Origin: Anaerolineaceae bacterium
Lineage (GTDB): Bacteria; Chloroflexota; Anaerolineae; Anaerolineales; Anaerolineaceae
NCBI GenBank assembly: GCA_041494435.1
Contig: JBGQAS010000001.1
Coordinates: 1 to 26,698 of the forward strand
Direction of reading: 5' to 3'
Length of the DNA stretch: 26,698 nucleotides
Under the pieces are notes generated by a model that saw only the letters and a program-made list of their open reading frames with translations, searched no databases and had not been told where the DNA came from. Numbering within the stretch: the first letter of the stretch is position 1; every line of letters starts with the position of its first letter. Below, one piece after another: positions 25,034 to 26,698 of this stretch. The position numbers and the translations under genes are program-made.

Positions 25034-26185
25034 ATGTCTCAAACCAACCTTCATGATTTGTTCCTGTTGGAAAAAGGAATTTATTTCCTGAACCATGGAT
25101 CTTTTGGCGCAACCCCCAAGATGGTTTTTCAGGAATATCAAAAGTGGCAAAAAGAGCTTGAAAAACAACCCGTTGAATTCCTCGGGCGGCGATTCACTTC
25201 CCTTTTGGCCGAGTCCAGGCGGACACTTGCATCATTTTTATCGACTGTGCCAGAGAATCTTGTCTATGTACCGAACACTACTAATGGAATCAATACAATC
25301 GCCAGGTTTCTTCACTTTAATGAAGAGGATGAAGTTGTTATCAGCGATCATGAATACGGTGCTGTTGAACGCACCTGGAAGTATTTATCTCAACGGTACC
25401 ATTTCAAATTGGTCATCGCCCCCATCCCTGTTCCCATTTCCAATCCTGCTGAAATAGTTGAAGCTTTATTTGCTTGTGTAAACCAACACACAAAGGTGAT
25501 ATGCGTCAGTCATATTACATCCTCAACCGCCATGATTTTTCCTGTCGAAGATATCTGCAAGAAGGCCAAATCTCTCAATTTGATCACTGTCATCGATGGT
25601 GCTCATGCACCCGGTCAAATTGATCTTGAACTTTCAAAGATAGACTCTGATTTTTATGTGGGCAATTTACATAAATGGCTATGCGCACCCAAAGGAAGTG
25701 CTTTTCTTTATGCTGCTCCTCGGGTTCAAAACCTGGTTGAACCACTGATTGTCAGTTGGGGTTGGGAGAGTGAGAATCCAAGTACTTCACAATTCATCGA
25801 TTACCTCGAATGGACCGGGACGATGGACATTAGCGCGTATCTTTCTGTCCCCAAAGCCATAGAATTTGTGCAAACCTATATCATTGGGAATAACCGCTCC
25901 AAATGCCATGATTTATGTGCCTCTACCCAGAAGGAAATAGCCAACCTGACAGGTTTGGAACCTTTCCATCCCAATTCGCCAGCATTCTTTTCCCAAATGG
26001 TAGTGAGCCCCCTGCCTGCCTCCTCGGATATCAATTTACTGAAGGCAACCCTTTATGATCGGTATAAAATCGAAATACCCACAATTCTGTGGCAAGGGCA
26101 CAAATTGATCCGCGCTTCTTTTCAGATTTACAACAATGCAGACGATGCCCATGCATTGGCGGATGCTCTGCGAAAAAACCTATGA
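25034..26185 (+). CDS. Class V PLP-dependent enzyme (isopenicillin N epimerase / cysteine desulfhydrase / Egt2-like C-S lyase subgroup)
   Basis: YFLNHGSFGATP, NTTNG, DHEYGA, SHITSSTA, IDGAHAPG, and the PLP Lys in NLHKWLCAPKG. Confidence 0.9.
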   Translation: MSQTNLHDLFLLEKGIYFLNHGSFGATPKMVFQEYQKWQKELEKQPVEFLGRRFTSLLAESRRTLASFLSTVPENLVYVPNTTNGINTIARFLHFNEEDEVVISDHEYGAVERTWKYLSQRYHFKLVIAPIPVPISNPAEIVEALFACVNQHTKVICVSHITSSTAMIFPVEDICKKAKSLNLITVIDGAHAPGQIDLELSKIDSDFYVGNLHKWLCAPKGSAFLYAAPRVQNLVEPLIVSWGWESENPSTSQFIDYLEWTGTMDISAYLSVPKAIEFVQTYIIGNNRSKCHDLCASTQKEIANLTGLEPFHPNSPAFFSQMVVSPLPASSDINLLKATLYDRYKIEIPTILWQGHKLIRASFQIYNNADDAHALADALRKNL

Positions 26186-26421
26186 AAAATAAAAATATTC
26201 GGGACTTACGCAGCTATGCAAAATCAACAGTTTTTCGGTTGATTCTTGGAGCACTTGTCCTGATTTTTGTTGTCGGGGAAATTCTAATTTACCTGATTTA
26301 CGGTAGCACTGCCGCAACAACGGGATTTATTTGCTTCACTGCCGGTGTAGTCCCTGTGATCCTTGTGCTGCTCTCTTTATGGTTGATTGATTGGGTCGCC
26401 CGAAAGAATAAGAATCAATAA
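26182..26421 (+). CDS. Small membrane protein of unknown function (79 aa)
   Basis: ATG 26182 overlaps the upstream TGA (ATGA). Two long hydrophobic segments with basic termini. Confidence 0.75.
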   Translation: MKNKNIRDLRSYAKSTVFRLILGALVLIFVVGEILIYLIYGSTAATTGFICFTAGVVPVILVLLSLWLIDWVARKNKNQ

Positions 26422-26422
26422 T

Positions 26423-26698
26423 TTACCGGGTCTGCAAGACTGAGAATATACCTATCAGGACGCCCAAACCGCCAAGGATGATGATGATCAATCCAATTGG
26501 CAAACCTGCAGCCAGTGAACTGGGCGAAGCATCCTGAAACGTTGGGATGGTTAAAGGTGCAACCTGGGTAAACGTGGCTAGTTTTGTCGGGATGGGTGTT
26601 TCGATAAATTGCGCTGCCAGTGTCGGGTCTATCGTTGGGGTGTAAAGAGGGGTTGATGTGGGAGGTGGTTCGACAATCGGGACTTCACCGCGAGTCAA
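26423..26698 (-). CDS. C-terminal part of a Pro/Thr-rich, C-terminally membrane-anchored protein; 5' truncated by window
   Basis: Frame open to the window edge. PPPTSTPLYTPTIDPT...ETPIPT linker followed by the hydrophobic LPIGLIIIILGGLGVLIGIFSVL. Confidence 0.75.
   Translation of the reverse strand: MTRGEVPIVEPPPTSTPLYTPTIDPTLAAQFIETPIPTKLATFTQVAPLTIPTFQDASPSSLAAGLPIGLIIIILGGLGVLIGIFSVLQTR

Noticed and set aside
1-26698. CRISPR array, IS element, prophage or defence island
   Set aside because: No regularly spaced repeats, transposase, integrase, phage genes or obvious compositional break were seen; the NACHT gene alone does not make an island.

Overview
Gene-dense, apparently core chromosomal window, most likely from an Anaerolineae-like Chloroflexota bacterium. 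That taxonomy is inferred from the protein repertoire and could not be checked by search. It holds 26 CDS (2 cut by the window edges) and one tRNA-Arg(UCU). I saw no mobile element, CRISPR array or rRNA. Left part, mostly + strand: 7TM-HD hydrolase (partial), ybeY, archaeal-type endonuclease IV, two divergent orphan response regulators, DUF192, LysM-M23 peptidase, two unannotated winged-helix-rich proteins, tRNA-Arg, Hsp20, lon, a receiver protein, mog and a small membrane protein. Middle: a minus-strand YfhO-like/MoxR/DUF58 unit, divergent from a C4 zinc-ribbon gene and a membrane-anchored NACHT-HEAT NTPase. Right: a tight minus-strand run smpB-hutH-L,D-transpeptidase-DUF2085-pgeF-yggS-yggU, divergent from a class V PLP enzyme and a small membrane protein. 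Best candidates for something new: (1) the 4742-6772 pair, a 526-aa protein that reads as RNAP-delta-like wHTH + Tudor-like + B3-like + wHTH modules with no catalytic motif, plus a 144-aa CxxH/HC + wHTH partner; (2) the TM-NACHT-HEAT protein in a housekeeping context; (3) a histidine ammonia-lyase with Ser-Ser-Gly at the MIO-forming triad; (4) recurrent leaderless promoters, including two overlapping back-to-back ones in a 44-bp gap. All domain calls are by-eye motif recognition, not database results.
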